From: Eledone cirrhosa
Taxonomy: Eukaryota
Reading direction: 5' to 3'
NCBI GenBank assembly: GCA_964016885.1
Contig: OZ024742.1
Coordinates: forward strand, 118,110,001 to 118,174,000
DNA length: 64,000 nt
The first letter of the stretch is position 1, and the number at the start of each line of letters is the position of its first letter. Shown piece after piece: positions 1-14,516 of the stretch. A program made the position numbers and the translations under genes. A model generated the notes under the pieces. The model searched no databases. It saw only the letters and a list, made by a program, of their open reading frames with translations, and was not told the DNA's origin.

Positions 1-506
1 TCTGTTTAATCAGCTGTATATAGTACTTAATGATTATTTTGCCTCGGAGTATGTTTACAGGAGCTCTTACGAAGTGAACATAACAGTTTATTCATATATT
101 GTTATATAGTATCATTATCTTGAATATATTGAAGTATAAAAAATGTACTTTCATGTGATCAGATATTTTACAAATAGTACACTGGTTTTATTTGTTTTTT
201 GAATAATTTGAAATATATATATGGATGGATGCTTATCTTCCAGTGAAAGATTAGTGAGAGAGAGAAAGACAGAGAGAGAAAGAGAGAGAATGATGGATAG
301 ATTGATGGATTTCTTCCAGACAAGAAGGAGTGAGAGAGAGAATGATAGAGAGGAATTGAAAAAGAAAAAAATCTAGAGGAAAAATGGCGATTAGTGGTGT
401 GGAGAGGGGAGACTGGTATGTCGAGGCAACTGCTTGTCTTCAACAAAAGGACCTTTCTAGGCACAAACCCGTGGTCATTTGTAATCATAGGAGCATCTCA
501 ATATTT

Positions 507-632
<126 letters not shown>

Positions 633-633
633 T

Positions 634-820
634 ATAGAAATGGCTTCTACAAGAATAGAACTGTTTCATTCGAAGGAAATCATCACGGCTTTCCTGATGA
701 TTTCCTTCGAATGAAATAGTTCTAGTCCTGTAGAAGCCATTTCTATATTAAATATCTATACACTGCTATGTATTGAGTACTTTACTTACTGTGGTTACCC
801 CCGATTGAACCCGGGATACA
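634..820 (+). mobile_element. Short non-coding PLE-terminus insert with fold-back 5' end and HHR
   Basis: About 634-685 is the reverse complement of about 695-748. The tail (ttgagtac...aacccggga) recurs near 37670-37717 and 61925-61968. Flanked by (TA)n/(CA)n. Confidence 0.75.
687..738 (+). ncRNA. Type I hammerhead ribozyme
   Basis: ggctttc-CTGATGA-t ttc cttc gaa t-GAAA-tag ttctagtc ctg-TA-gaagcc. Stems I, II and III pair; GUA cleavage triplet. Confidence 0.75.
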
Positions 821-1034
821 CACACACACAAATATGTATATATCATCGCGATGTTGGTATATTGTTGTTGTTCAACCCCAGGTCATTCCAAATTCGGTAG
901 ACCTATAGTAAAGTACAACCCAGCCTTGATTATCTCGTCTTATATTGTACCGAGAACTATGTACTGAGAACTATATTATTCAACGTGTCATTTAAAAAAA
1001 CTGTGGAACGTGATATACTGCTATTTCTAGTAGG

Positions 1035-1614
1035 TCAATCCCTTACGTTATTTCGATATTTGTTCAATCCCTTACGTTATTTCGGTATTTGTTCAATCCC
1101 TTACGTTATTTCGATATTTGTTCAATCCCTTACGTTATTTCGGTATTTGTTCAATCCCTTACGTTATTTCGGTATTTGTTCAATCCCTTACGTTATTTCG
1201 GTATTTGTTCAATCCCTTACGTTATTTCGATATTTGTTCAATCCCTTACGTTATTTCGGTATTTGTTCAATCCTTTACGTTATTCCGGTATTTGTTCAAT
1301 CCCGTACGTTATTTCGATATTTGTTCAATCCCTTACGTTATTTCGGTATTTGTTCAATCCCTTACGTTATTTCGGTATTTGTTCAATCCCGTACGTTATT
1401 TCGATATTTGTTCAATCCCTTACGTTATTTCGGTATTTGTTCAATCCCGTACGTTATTTCGATATTTGTTCAATCCCTTACGTTATTTCGGTATTTGTTC
1501 AATCCCTTACGTTATTTCGGTATTTGTTCAATCCCTTACGTTATTTCGGTATTTGTTCAATCCCTTACGTTATTTCGGTATTTGTTCAATCCCTTACGTT
1601 ATTTCGGTATTTGT
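1035..1614. repeat. Minisatellite, 29-bp unit, about 20 copies
   Basis: Head-to-tail TATTTGTTCAATCCCTTACGTTATTTCGG with few variants and no spacers. Confidence 0.95.
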
Positions 1615-1751
1615 AATCGTATTTCGTTTGTCATTGAATTAAATTTCTCCCGAAGTGAAATTCATCGTCGTTTTGCAATGTAAGGCACAACTGGTTAAAT
1701 ATACAGTATTTGCTATGCAATGACCTGCAGAGATACTGCGATAAAATATTG

Positions 1752-2205
1752 GTTTCTGATTTAGGCACAAGGCCAATATTTTGGGAGGAAGGGAAAGTTA
1801 ATTAAATCGACCCAAGTGCATTACTAGTACTTTATTTTATCGACCACCCCCCTCCCCCAGCCTCCGTAAGGATGAAAGGCAAAGCTAACCTCGGCGGTAC
1901 TTGAACTCAGAACGTAAAGGACCTTCATTATATGCCACGCCACAGGGTGTCTGATGCTATAGCGATACTACCAATCCCCCGCCCTTACAATAATCGCTTC
2001 GTATATAGGCACAAGGAGAGCAATTTAGGGGGAGGGGAAAGTCGATTAAATAGACCCAGTGCGTGACTGGTACTTTATTTTATCGACCCCGTAAGGATGA
2101 AAGGCAAAGTTAACCTCGGCCGGATTTAAACTCAGATCATAAAGGGCCGTAACTCTATGCTGCAAAGCATGGTGTCCGACGCTCTACCGATACTACCACT
2201 CCCCT
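1752..2205 (-). mobile_element. Two tandem tRNA-derived SINE copies
   Basis: Reverse complement of the family seen at 28572, with core ATCGACCCCGTAAGGATGAAAGGCAAAG and a B box. Confidence 0.8.
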
Positions 2206-4644
2206 GACATGCTTCTATGTTTTTACGATAAAATATATTCATGAAAAATCTGAAATATAAATTATACCTTTATTAAGAAATATGAATACAATTTTAACCT
2301 AGTTGTTCATCTCTCCGTGAAGAGAAAACATGTTATCGATCTGATCGACTTTTGTGTAGTTGGAGCTCTGATCAGGGAAAGAATAGCTTCCATGTGGATA
2401 TTAGTAGTTTATAGCTAATTATAGTACATATAAACTAGGACTTGGGATACGTGCTATGCTTACGATCGTAAGGTCGTGTGTTCGATTACCACACCGAGTA
2501 GCTGCTGTGTCCTTGAGCAAGTCCTTTTATTCCGCGTTGCTCTAATCTTCATTATAATCCCATTTACATCTAAAATCTCAGATTAAAGTGATCTCAGTAC
2601 TTGACTAGTACTTATTTTATCAACTGGAATAAATGAAAGGCAAAATTGACCACGGGGATATTTGAGATCCAGATATAAAGGGCTAACTAAATACTCCAAA
2701 GTACACTATGTTCGATACTCTAACGATTCTGCCAAGTCATTGTCTGTAGAATTCTGACTTAATTATACTGAGAACTTTGAGACTGGAAGGCATATATTTA
2801 CGAAATCTACTATTCTCCAAAACTTGCTGTACCAAAGAAACTTAAATATTGAATTTTTAATAAAGCTTAACAAATTTTCAGTGGATGAACAAAATATCAA
2901 CGACAGTTATATTACAGAAAGTAGGGAATCGAAAATAAATACTTCAATAAATTTACTGTCAGTTTACTGGCAAATCAGCTGCCTTGTCAGCGGCCTTACA
3001 TTCAAAATAGGTTTTGTTCAGTGTATTGCTCGTTGACGTAGGATTGATTGCATACATGTTTACACTTTAAAGCCAACCCCAAACACTTAACTGATGGAAA
3101 AGCATCTATGGCGATCAGCTAGACTTGTCTTGGAAAGGGATGGGAATACTGGATAATTTAATCATATGTTAATCATATTAAAAGACAGAATGGTCACAGT
3201 TTTTGATTGATATCTCGGATTAAAACAACAGATTTCACATGAAAAATAATAGAAATGTGAAAATGCGGCGGAACTGGGATCTACGCATTTCTAGTGCATT
3301 GTTGTAATGGCTATCACATCACTTGATTACAAAATAGAATTGAATTTTGAGATCTCTTAAAATCCGAGTACATGTACACTTCATGACTTATCTCTGTTAT
3401 AGTTTGACTTAGATTAGACCGCAGAATCTTTTCTTTACTATATAACAACTTAAAAGATGACCCTAAGTTACTCAGATTGATGTAAAAGAATATTTTCAGT
3501 TTACCCTGTAAATAAAGAATGTTCTATTATAAAAGATGCAAGTGTCTTTTATGGTTATGGAAACGGAAAAGGATGGGAAAGGCAAGGGCACTAGGGTCAC
3601 AGAAGAATGAGGGGGAAAGGGGATGGGTGATGTGCTCTCGGTCTACGGCGCGGTAGTGTTGGGGCTGCGCCCCGCGGACAATGACCAGCGACACCCGATG
3701 CAAGAGCCACCCCACCCTGTAAGTTGGACTATTAAATATTATAGTGATCGTTGCAACACACCAATTAAGGGTTTCGCGTCCCACCAGTCGTTATATATAT
3801 TTTAAAAGTTCTTTATGCTTCCATACGCTTTGTATTAGCGTGTTTCTTTTTGTTTTTAGAAATATAAACATATAATTTCTTTCGTTTTGCCTTTATGTGT
3901 AAGCAGCTTGATAACAATTAAGATTGGCATTTAATAATTCGTTTTAAGCTGACTGGGCATATTGAAGGAGTTATCTTTAGAAGTGTGTCTTCATTTGAAT
4001 CATGAAACGTGCATTCATTATTCAAAGAAATCTATCAAGAGAAATCTTCTAATGTGGTTTCGTTGCTTCTTTAATAAGTTAACATTATATATATATATTA
4101 TTGTCTATGTATGCATATACAAATGTTTGATGTGAATGCATCCTAATATGTACGCATGCATATAGTTGCGAGTTTGAAGAAGTATGGGTTCAATATTATA
4201 CGCAGTGGATTGGCGCGATTTGAAGAATGTCGGATAAAATGCCACTGCTAAACTTATTTTGGCATTTTACATTCTGTGTTCAAATCCAACGTAAGTCAAC
4301 TTTGTCTTTCACCTTTCCGGGGGGTCGATAATATAAAGTACCTGTCAAATACAGGGGTTCATTTATTAAACTTCTCCTTTCCCCAAATGTGCTGCCATTG
4401 CACTTATATTAGAAATCAATATTTACATATACAAGTTTGTGCATACATGTCAATTTTTATATGTAAACATTTATTTGTTTATGATGCGTGTGTTTGTGTA
4501 TTAGAATATATTAATCTCTGTGTTGGTAATATGTATACAATGACGCAATGGGTGGTAGTTACGTATGCCTATTGTAACTGAATGTTCATGACTGTATGTA
4601 TATTTTTAGAGTACAGTCAATGGTTCATGTGACTCACACACACA

Positions 4645-5030
4645 CCCTCACACTCTCTCTCCTCCACCTCTCTCCCCTCTCTCTCCTCCACCTCTCCCCC
4701 CTCTCTCTCCTCCACCTCTCTTCTCCACCTCACTCCTCTCTCCTCCTGTACATCTCTCTCACCCTCCACCTCTCTCTTCTCCACCTCTCTCCTCCACCTC
4801 ACTCCTCTCTCTCCTCCACCTCTCCACCTCTCTCTCCTCATTCTCCACCTCTCTCCTCCACCCCTCTCTCCTCTATCTCCTCTACCTCTCCACCTCCCTC
4901 CCCTCTCTCTCCACCTCTCTCCTCCACGTCTCTCCCCTCTCTCTCCTCCACATCTCCTCCTCTCTCCCCACCTCTCCCTCCCCTCCCTTCCACGTCTCTC
5001 CGCCTCCTCCTCTCTCCTCTCTCTCTCTCA
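4645..5030. repeat. Polypyrimidine (CT-rich, CTCCACCTCTCT-like) low-complexity tract
   Basis: Seen directly in the sequence. Confidence 0.85.
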
Positions 5031-5300
5031 TATGTGGTGATCCGATGACACTGTCGTTACAGTGTCAGGATCTGTTGCAATATTTGCTCCAGCTCTCCAT
5101 GTATTGTTCACTACCCGTCAAGCTCAACTCTATCTTGCGTTCTTCCATATTCGATAAATAAGGAATCAACACAGTTCAGGTGCAGGCCTCATCCACCAGA
5201 AGCTGGAAGTCCGGCTGGTGAAGGGTATAGGACTTATAAAGGGGCCTGTGGCATCACGCGATTATACGGTCAAATAAATTCATTAATTGTTTCTACTTTT

Positions 5301-5469
5301 GGCACAAGGCCATCAATTAACCAGTACATTACTGGTACTTTATTTTATCGACAAAGTAAGGATGATAGGCAAAGTTAACCTCGGCGGGATTTGAACTCAG
5401 ATCATATTCATTACTGAATGCATTTTACATGATGGTAGTAAACCATAGTCGATTGCAAGTGTCGGTCAT

Positions 5470-5560
<91 letters not shown>

Positions 5561-5888
5561 TTAAAACAATGAAATAAAAAATCAAGTCATTAGAAATATA
5601 CTTCACTGCTTTACGATCGTTTCTAGGTGATGATAATACATCGTAACTATACTTCGATATCGATCTATGTAAGTTAGTTACAAAATATCATATAAAGAGA
5701 ATATTTACTTACATGCATTACTGGTGATATGCATGTAAGTAAATATTCTCTTTATATGATATTTTGTAACTAACTTACATAGATCGATATCGAAGTATTG
5801 TTACGATGTATTATCATCACCTAGAAACGATCGTAAAGCAGTGAAGTATATTTCTAATGACTTGATTTTTTATTTCATTGTTTTAACT

Positions 5889-5954
<66 letters not shown>

Positions 5955-6170
5955 GTTGCGTTTGTGTGTGTGTATGTGCATGTGTGTATATATATATATA
6001 ATTACGACCGACACTTGCAATCGACTATGGTTTGCTACCAGCATGTAATGCTTTCATTAATGAATATGATCTGATTTCAAATCCCGCCGAGGTTAACTTT
6101 GCCTTTCATCCTTACGGGGTCGATAAAATAAAGTACCAGTAATGTACTGGTTAATTGCTGGCCTTGTGCC
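5301..6170. repeat. Inverted duplication of about 870 bp centred near 5723 (SINE + microsatellite + PLE terminus)
   Basis: 5301-5718 is an imperfect reverse complement of 5729-6170. Confidence 0.85.
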
Positions 6171-6426
6171 AGCAATTACCCAGTACATAGATCGATATCG
6201 AAGTATAGTTACGATGTATTATCATCACCTAGAAACGCTCGTAAAGCAGTTAAGTATATTTCTAATGACTTGATTTTTTATTTCATTGTTTTAACTTATA
6301 TCATGACTCTGTTTTCCTTTGAATGTTTTATTGTTTTCCGGGATTTATTTTAACCTACAACATTTTCAACAGATGGATTACATTGAGTTCTTCATGCAGA
6401 CTAGACCCCACAACTTACCGTGGATA

Positions 6427-6572
<146 letters not shown>

Positions 6573-6623
6573 TAATAAAAACAATGAATAAAAACAAAGA
6601 ACAAGTTCCTTATATTTAAAAAA

Positions 6624-6753
6624 TCATCATTTTACGATCGTTTCTAGGATATATATGTGTGTTGGTATGTATATCATCTATGTGAAAATTTTACAAACTA
6701 TCAGAGGAAATATACATACCCTCACATATATATGCTGTTTTCAGAAATAATGA
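6624..6753 (-). ncRNA. Inverted copy of the extended-stem-II hammerhead, core mutated (CTGAAAA)
   Basis: Mirror of 9401-9536, with G8 changed to A. Confidence 0.6.
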
Positions 6754-9400
6754 TATTTGTTTATTGAAAAAAACCAACAAAGATTTAATATAATGGGTCT
6801 GTTTGGGAACAGGTTTTGAATTGGCCAATAGAAAAGTAGTAAGAGGTCAAGTTGATAGAATAGTAGTAGTAGAAATTTAATTTAGGAGTAGAGGAATGCA
6901 GACTTAAGATTTCAATGGAAAGAATACTTTGAATGAAAAGAATATTTTGGGGATGAAAAGAGGTCAAGCCTGTGAAAGGTACACGGTAAGTTGATGTTAT
7001 TAAAGAATAATGCTAATGTTAAATCCGAAGGAGAATACAATTTTAGGGTAAAGGTGTTAGTGAGAATACCAATCTTATTTAAAACACAAGGAATTTAGAT
7101 CTATAGCAAGAAATGAAATTGATTGATAGGTATACTTATAGGGATAAATTTATATTAATTCATATGGATGTGATAAATAAGAATTAGATGTTATTAAAGA
7201 ATGTTGTTAAAAACGAAGGAAAATAAAATTTTGGGATAAATGTATTAGTGAGAAATACCAATCTTATATAGACTACAAGGAATTTAGATTCATAACAGGA
7301 AATTAAAATAGCTTATATGTATACTTTTAGGTATTAATTTTAGGAAAAGAGAGCTGTAAGAGGGAAATAAAATTATGAAGTTCTTTGTAGTAAAGTACTA
7401 ATTATAGGTTAACTAAATTAAAAAAACTAATTATAATAATATGTAAAATATAAGTGTAAGGTGTATATTAATTAGGTTTATAATATTTGAAAGTTCTCCT
7501 AATTCTATGATTGCAAGATATAATTAATTCTTGTCGCTTATTTAATAGGATATCCTTAGATTTCATTATTTCAAATATTTCATTATTTCTAATATTAGAA
7601 TTAAATCATCTGCTTCATTTCTACAATTTGATATAGATGCTTATTATCCCTCTATATCACCCATACTGCTGAACAAAGCCTTGATATTTGCCAAAAATAG
7701 ATCAAAATTAACTATGGATGACATTAATATTATCACACAAGCTAGACAAACACTACTGGAATTTCAGAAGGAATACTGGACCAGAAATACATATAGTAAT
7801 CTATTCGACATTACTATGGGCTCTAGTGATTCTGCCCAAATTACCGATCTTGTGGGCCTCTTTCTTCTATTTAACATAAATTCTTCTTTTCCCCACCTTA
7901 AAGGTGGTTTATATCGTGATGACTGTCTTCTTCTTTCCACTAACCTTAGCCTATCAGAAATATAAAAAAAAAAAAAATAACTTATTAGAACTTTCCTCAA
8001 AGACTATTATAGTCCCACTATTACATTTGAAAACACTAGTAAAGTAGTTAATTTCCTAGATATAACTTTAGACTTATCTACGGGTGTCTACCAACCTTAC
8101 CATAAATCTAACCAAAACTTACATTACATACATTCACAATCCAATCACCCTAGATCTATCCTTACAAACCTAGCATAAAATATCTCACTCAGAATCTCTA
8201 ACCTTTCATCTAACCAGGATGTATTCGATAAAAATGCGCCATTTTATAACGAAGCTTTAGCTAAAAGTGGCCACAAAAACAAATTAGTCTATATATCTTG
8301 CACCAATAATACTTCAAACATACAACCCAATATTACCAACAAACACCAAATGAAAAACACACACCTAAATGCCACTCACACTACACCCAAAAATACCAAC
8401 TTAAAACTTAATTTCTCTACCTCTTCTCACATAAAATATAACTTTCAAAAAACCATTCATCCTAATACTCCAATATACGTTAATAACATTACTAACAAAA
8501 TTCATAATAATCAGACTAAAACACCTAAATCAGTTAATCTAACTAAACCTATATATAATAAATTCACTAATACTAACTCTTTTAGTAAACATCCTGATAC
8601 ATCGTATAAATATAAAAAATAACATCGAAACCGTAATAGACGAGTTACTTGGTATAATGCTCCATTTAATCTACAAATCAAAAATAATATCCCTAAAAAA
8701 TCTTTTTACTATCCTAGAGAAAAACTTCCCGCCAAACCATAAATACCATCAAATTTTAAATAGATCAACTGTCAAATTTTCCTACTCCACTACCAAAAAT
8801 ATACAACAAAATATAAGTGCGTACAATGCATATAAATGTAAAAAAAAAACAAGAATATACCACCAATACATCAAACCAACCATAATACTAAAATAAACCG
8901 CAACAAACCACCATCTCCTTCACATATAACAAGTCGAGTAAATTCCACACCAAATTTGTCTAATTCCCCTGATATAATATTCACAAATGGTTGTAACTGT
9001 AGAAACAAAAGAAATTGCCCATTAAAGGGAAATTGTCTTATTAATAACATAGGACTCAACTTATTCATATATAGGAGCTACTTCTAACCAATTTAAAGTA
9101 AGATTTAATACCCACAAACATAGTTTTAAAAATGCCGCATTAGCTAATCCTTGGCTGAAACAATTAATAATTATAGAAAAAAGAATATCGATTACAACCT
9201 GAGTGTGCTCAAAAGGGCCACACCTTATCAAAATAACAGATATGAGTGTAAATTATGCTCCCAGGAACTTTTTGAAATAATGAAATCTAAGGATATCCTA
9301 TTAAATAAGCGACAAGAATTAATTATGTCTTGCAATCATAGAATTAGGAGAACAGACCTATTATATTAAATCCTTGTTGGTTTTTTTCAATAAACAAATA

Positions 9401-9536
9401 TCATTATTTCTGAAGACAGCATATATATGTGAGGGTATGTATATTTCTTCTGATAGTTTGTAAAGTTTTTACATAGATCTATATGATATACATACCAACA
9501 CACATATATATCCTAGAAACGATCGTAAAATGATGA
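9401..9536 (+). ncRNA. Type I hammerhead ribozyme with 99-nt stem II region
   Basis: tcattattt-CTGAAGA-[c ag c atatatatgtg..ggtatgtata...tatacatacc..cacatatatat c ct a]-GAAA-cgatcg-TA-aaatgatga. 9-bp stem I and palindromic stem III. Confidence 0.78.
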
Positions 9537-9742
9537 ATTTTTTAATATAAGGAACTTGTTCTTTGTTTTTATTCATTGTTTTTATTAATTTATCTTGACT
9601 CTGTTTTCCTGTCATCTTCATCGAAAATTTTTGAATGCATCTTCTCTTTTCATGATATTTGGATTACATTGAGTTCTTCATACGGATTGGACACTACCGT
9701 ATATTTTGTTAGATTTATCTACATATATATATATATATATAT

Positions 9743-9945
9743 AATAAAGTTAAATAAAAAGTTAAATGATTAAAATTTAGCTTCGTTTATTACTGCCAGT
9801 AATAAACGAAGCTAAATTTTAATCATTTGACTTTTTATTTAACTTTATTTTACACTACTCCGGAGTAACCAAACCAACCTGCGCACTTCGTCGAGTGCTC
9901 CAGCCTGCATACTGAGGTGTTGGTATACAACCAACATAAACTCAA
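9743..9945 (+). mobile_element. Short fold-back insert beginning at an HHR cleavage site
   Basis: Arms 9743-9796 and 9797-9849. Both start with (G)CAGTAATAAACGAAGC, the sequence directly after the cleavage triplet of the HHR at 10616. Confidence 0.7.
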
Positions 9946-9995
9946 TATATATATATATATATATATAAAATTAGAATTGGCGCTCTGAAATAGCG

Positions 9996-10250
9996 ATAAA
10001 TATATGAATGTATATATAGTGTATTTTGCAATACACTGTATGCTATGCTTAATTAAAAGCATTTCGAAGACCTTATGCTTTAGAGTAGAGACAGTCTCAC
10101 TTACTTTAAATTTTCAGCCTGTTTGCTGAAAATTTAAAGTAAGTGAGACTGTCACTATTCTAAAACAATTGCATAAGGTCTTCGAAATGCTTTTAATTAA
10201 GCATACAATGTATTGCAAAATACACTATATATACATTCATATATTTATAT
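9996..10250. repeat. Fold-back inverted repeat carrying the 3' half of an HHR
   Basis: Centre about 10120. Right arm reads GAAA-tgctt ttaatt aagca-TA. Confidence 0.75.
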
Positions 10251-10252
10251 AC

Positions 10253-10283
<31 letters not shown>

Positions 10284-10615
10284 CATACATACATAACTAT
10301 ATACATACATACATACATACATACATACATACATACATACATACATACATACATACACACACACATACATACATACATACATACATACATACATACATAC
10401 ATACATACATACATACATACATACATACATACATAAATATGTTCTCACAACTGAAGGAGAGGGTGTCCTTTGACGCTGAAATTTGTTTGTTCGAATTCAT
10501 ATGATTCCAGTTCCTCAGAGAAATAACAACCCAACCAGGAACTGGGCTTATCGGAGTATTGACGGAATTAAACACCTCAACAACATGTGTACCTGTCTCT
10601 ACCACACCAATTCGG

Positions 10616-10670
10616 ACTGCCTGAAGAGGTCACAGCCAAAGATGGCTGTCACCGAAATATATATAGCAGT
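10616..10670 (+). ncRNA. Type I hammerhead ribozyme
   Basis: actgc-CTGAAGA-ggt c acagcca aaga tggctgt c acc-GAAA-tatata-TA-gcagt. All stems pair. Confidence 0.85.
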
Positions 10671-10711
10671 AATAAACGAAGCCAAATTTTAAATATTTTA
10701 CTTATTTATTT

Positions 10712-10791
<80 letters not shown>

Positions 10792-10793
<2 letters not shown>

Positions 10794-11230
10794 GAAATCT
10801 GCAAATACTCCACCCTATACCTTCAGATTTATGCCTTTGATTATTGGAGCACTGGGGTATGTTAGTAACTGAACCCCCCCCCCCCCTACAAATCTTGAGA
10901 ATCTAGGCTTCACAGGATCAGAAAGAACACAACTAGTTAGGAAATTACAAGTACAGTCCATTAATGGAACAATAAAAATATGTAAAAGATTCCAAAATAT
11001 TTGCATCTAATAACTGCATATACACGTGTACAGAAACAATAACGTCCATATCTACACATAACTGCATATCCACATCCACACATACAATAACATCCATATC
11101 TACACATGCATGCAGATATATCTACCTAGTTGATGTTGTGTAAATTCCAATGAAAGAGTCTTGTGTCTATGTTAGAAACCGACTCTCTCTCTATTGGCAA
11201 AAATTTGTGAAATTATAAAACCAGAAGAAC
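10792..11230 (+). mobile_element. 3' fragment of REL-endonuclease non-LTR retrotransposon (R4/Dong-like)
   Basis: Translates to FMPLIIGALGYV...NLENLGFTGSERTQLVRKLQVQSINGTIKICKRF, a typical REL C-terminus. Followed by a (CATA)n tail. Confidence 0.6.
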
Positions 11231-11426
11231 GTACATACATACATACATACATACATACATACATACATACATACATACATACACATACATATACATACAT
11301 ACATATACATACTTATTATACTGTAGATGCGAGTGTGCCAAAGCCCTTCTTAAGTAAGACTGTACTTAAATAGAGAGTTTTCTCTCTCTCTCACACGTTT
11401 CTCACGCTCTCTCTCTCACCCTCTCA

Positions 11427-11476
<50 letters not shown>

Positions 11477-12130
11477 CCTCTCCCCCTCATTCATGCTTCC
11501 TGTACTTTCTCCAAGAGATATCTCCAACATATCTATCTTACCACCCGCTTGCATTTGGATTGAAGTATCCAGGGGGACATTAATTAAAGGTACGGTTATT
11601 TAAGTGAATACCTACACAAGAAACAAGAAGGAAATATATTCACACGATTCCTTGGAGAATATGATAATTCTAAGGTCTTTGACATCTCATTCCGACTCTA
11701 TAAGCTTTCTATTTTTCCTTCTTTTTATTATTATTTCGTTTGCAGAGGCTCCTCGTATAGTTATCTATTTCTCTTCCTTGCAATGTTTCTTTTATTTTCT
11801 TTATGTATTCAGTTTAATGGAGGGGAGTTTATGTTAGCCTTAGAATACCTTGATAAAAAGAATACCTTGAGAAGCAACCAATTTGCTAAATATATAAAAC
11901 AGCTGTGCACATTTTTTTCTTACAGACGTGGGAATAATAATTTCTCATTACTTCTTTCTTTCTCTCTATGTATGTATGTCTGTATCTGCTGCATACTCGA
12001 AAGATATACAAGGAGTGATTCTGATGGAAGGAACACGGAATAAAGATGCACACACACACACACACACACACATACACACACACGCACCCACGCACGCACA
12101 CACGCAGGCACACACACACACACACACACT

Positions 12131-12183
<53 letters not shown>

Positions 12184-12618
12184 ACAGATATTCTCACAAA
12201 AGCAGGCACAGATACACCCACAAATACACACTCACAGACACACATAATCACCTATACACACGTGTGTGTGTTGGACCTTCGTCAGTTACAACAATGATTA
12301 TATCAGTTGTTCTTATAACGAATCAGGCTGCTCTGGGAACTAACATAGAAGTGGCTGAGCATTCCACAGACACGTTTACCCTTAATGTTTTTTTTTTTTC
12401 AGGGAGTTTCAGCATGATACACTGTATGACAACGTTAGCCCTATAGATTACAAGTACAGCTCATTTTAACCAGCTGAGTAGACTGGAGCAATGTGAAATA
12501 AAGCGCTTTACTCAAAGACACAATACACCGTGATTCGAACTCACGACGTTACAATCCGCGTGTGACTTAGTGGTTACATACTAACTACTAAGTCACACGC
12601 TCTCTTTCTCTCTTTCTC

Positions 12619-12649
<31 letters not shown>

Positions 12650-14289
12650 CATACACAAGCACACGCCAGACATAAATAACTCCCCTCTTCTTGTATCTCG
12701 CTCCTACGAAGAATGTGAGGAATAGGTAAAGAAATACGATTAAAAGGTTGAATGAAATATTAAGAGAAAGATATGAGGGCAGACGGAGAGAAGAATTTTA
12801 TAAACCAGGGTTGTCGTAACTATTCGAGCTGCAAGATATCTAGAATTATTGCATATATATATAGTCATATATACAAGCACATAATGATTCCTTCTACCAT
12901 TAGCACAAAGCCAGTAATATGGCTGAAGGGCAAACTAGAATATACTGTCTCAGTACTTGACTGGTACTTTAATTTTTGATCTCGGAATGATTTAAGTTAA
13001 AGACACGGTACATATGCTGGAAAGCATTTGTCCGACGCACTTAAAGCTTTGTCAATCCACTGCCCTCATACAAGCACATAATAATACACGTTTCACGTTT
13101 ATATGTATATAAGTGAATTACGAATAAAATATACTTGCACACTCACAGACACATCACATATACGCATACACATACAAATATACACACATTCATGCACATC
13201 TATGTGTTTCACAGGATGAGGCCTTGTGTTTAGGATGTCGGGCTCTCGATCATAGGAACGTGAGTTCGGTTGCATGACCGAGCTTTATCCTTGAACAAGG
13301 CACTTTATTTCACATTTCTTTAGTTCACTCAACTGAAAATGGGTACAAGCGGCAGTTGAGGATTAACCTTGTGACCAACTGGCGTCCTGTCTAGGATTCT
13401 CATTGGTTCAACGCCCATGAAAACGGAGTAAAATCTGGACTTCGTCCAAACCGTGAAAGCATGGAAAAACTCACATATGCATTACCTTGTTTTATTGTAT
13501 ATACTGGATTACAGTGTCCAATATGTTCCTTTTGGTATTGTAGTAGGTTGAGTAACGACACAACAACCTTCCCTCGTTGGCTCGATGTGAATCTGGTGGT
13601 TATTATTACCAGTAATGCACTGGGTAATTTGCTGGCCTTGTGCCTAACGTAGAAACAATTATTTAGCGCTATCCGTGATTGAAATGGCTGAAGATCAAAG
13701 ATATTCTAGCCGGGACGATCTCGTCTGTTATATAGTATAGAAACTACATTGTTCAAAAGATCCTGTATTAAGGGTGTTATTTAAACGAAATTTGGCTACT
13801 ATTTCCAGCAGGTCAACTGACCCTGGATAATCTCCTTTCTACAACAGTGTTCAGCCAACATATATTAAAGTCACAGCAAGCAAACCGCAATACAAACTTT
13901 TTTATTTTTCAGTTTTCATTTCAATCGTTCAGAGAGACGTTAATGTAAGCGGCAATGTAGGGTAAGAGTCACTCAGAGAGGATGTGATAAGTCAAATGGC
14001 TGACGAACGGCTTTTTAAGCTCTAAGTTCAAATCTCTCAAACGCCAACTTTGTCTTTCGTCATTATGAGGTCGATAAAATTAAGTACATGTCAAATACTG
14101 GCCGATATAATCCACTTCCCCAAACTGCTGTCCTCGTGCCTAAATTAGATAACATTATACGCGAGGTTAACTTTGCCTTTCATCCTTACGGGATCGATAA
14201 AATAAAGTACCAGTAATACACTGAATAATTGCTGACCTTGTGCCAAAAGAAAGTAGAAATAATTATATGCATATATGTATATATATATT

Positions 14290-14388
<99 letters not shown>

Positions 14389-14516
14389 GTGTGTGTGTGT
14401 GTGCATATATATATATATGTGTGTGTGTGTGTGCATATATATATATATATGTGTGTGTGTGTGTATGTATATAGTTAATAAATAAAAACCAAACAAACAC
14501 AGGGATAATGCAAAAA

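Noticed and set aside
1035-1614. 29-bp repeats resembling a CRISPR array, with 170-230 aa ORFs in three frames
   Set aside because: No unique spacers, no cas genes and a eukaryotic context. The ORFs are a by-product of a stop-free repeat unit.
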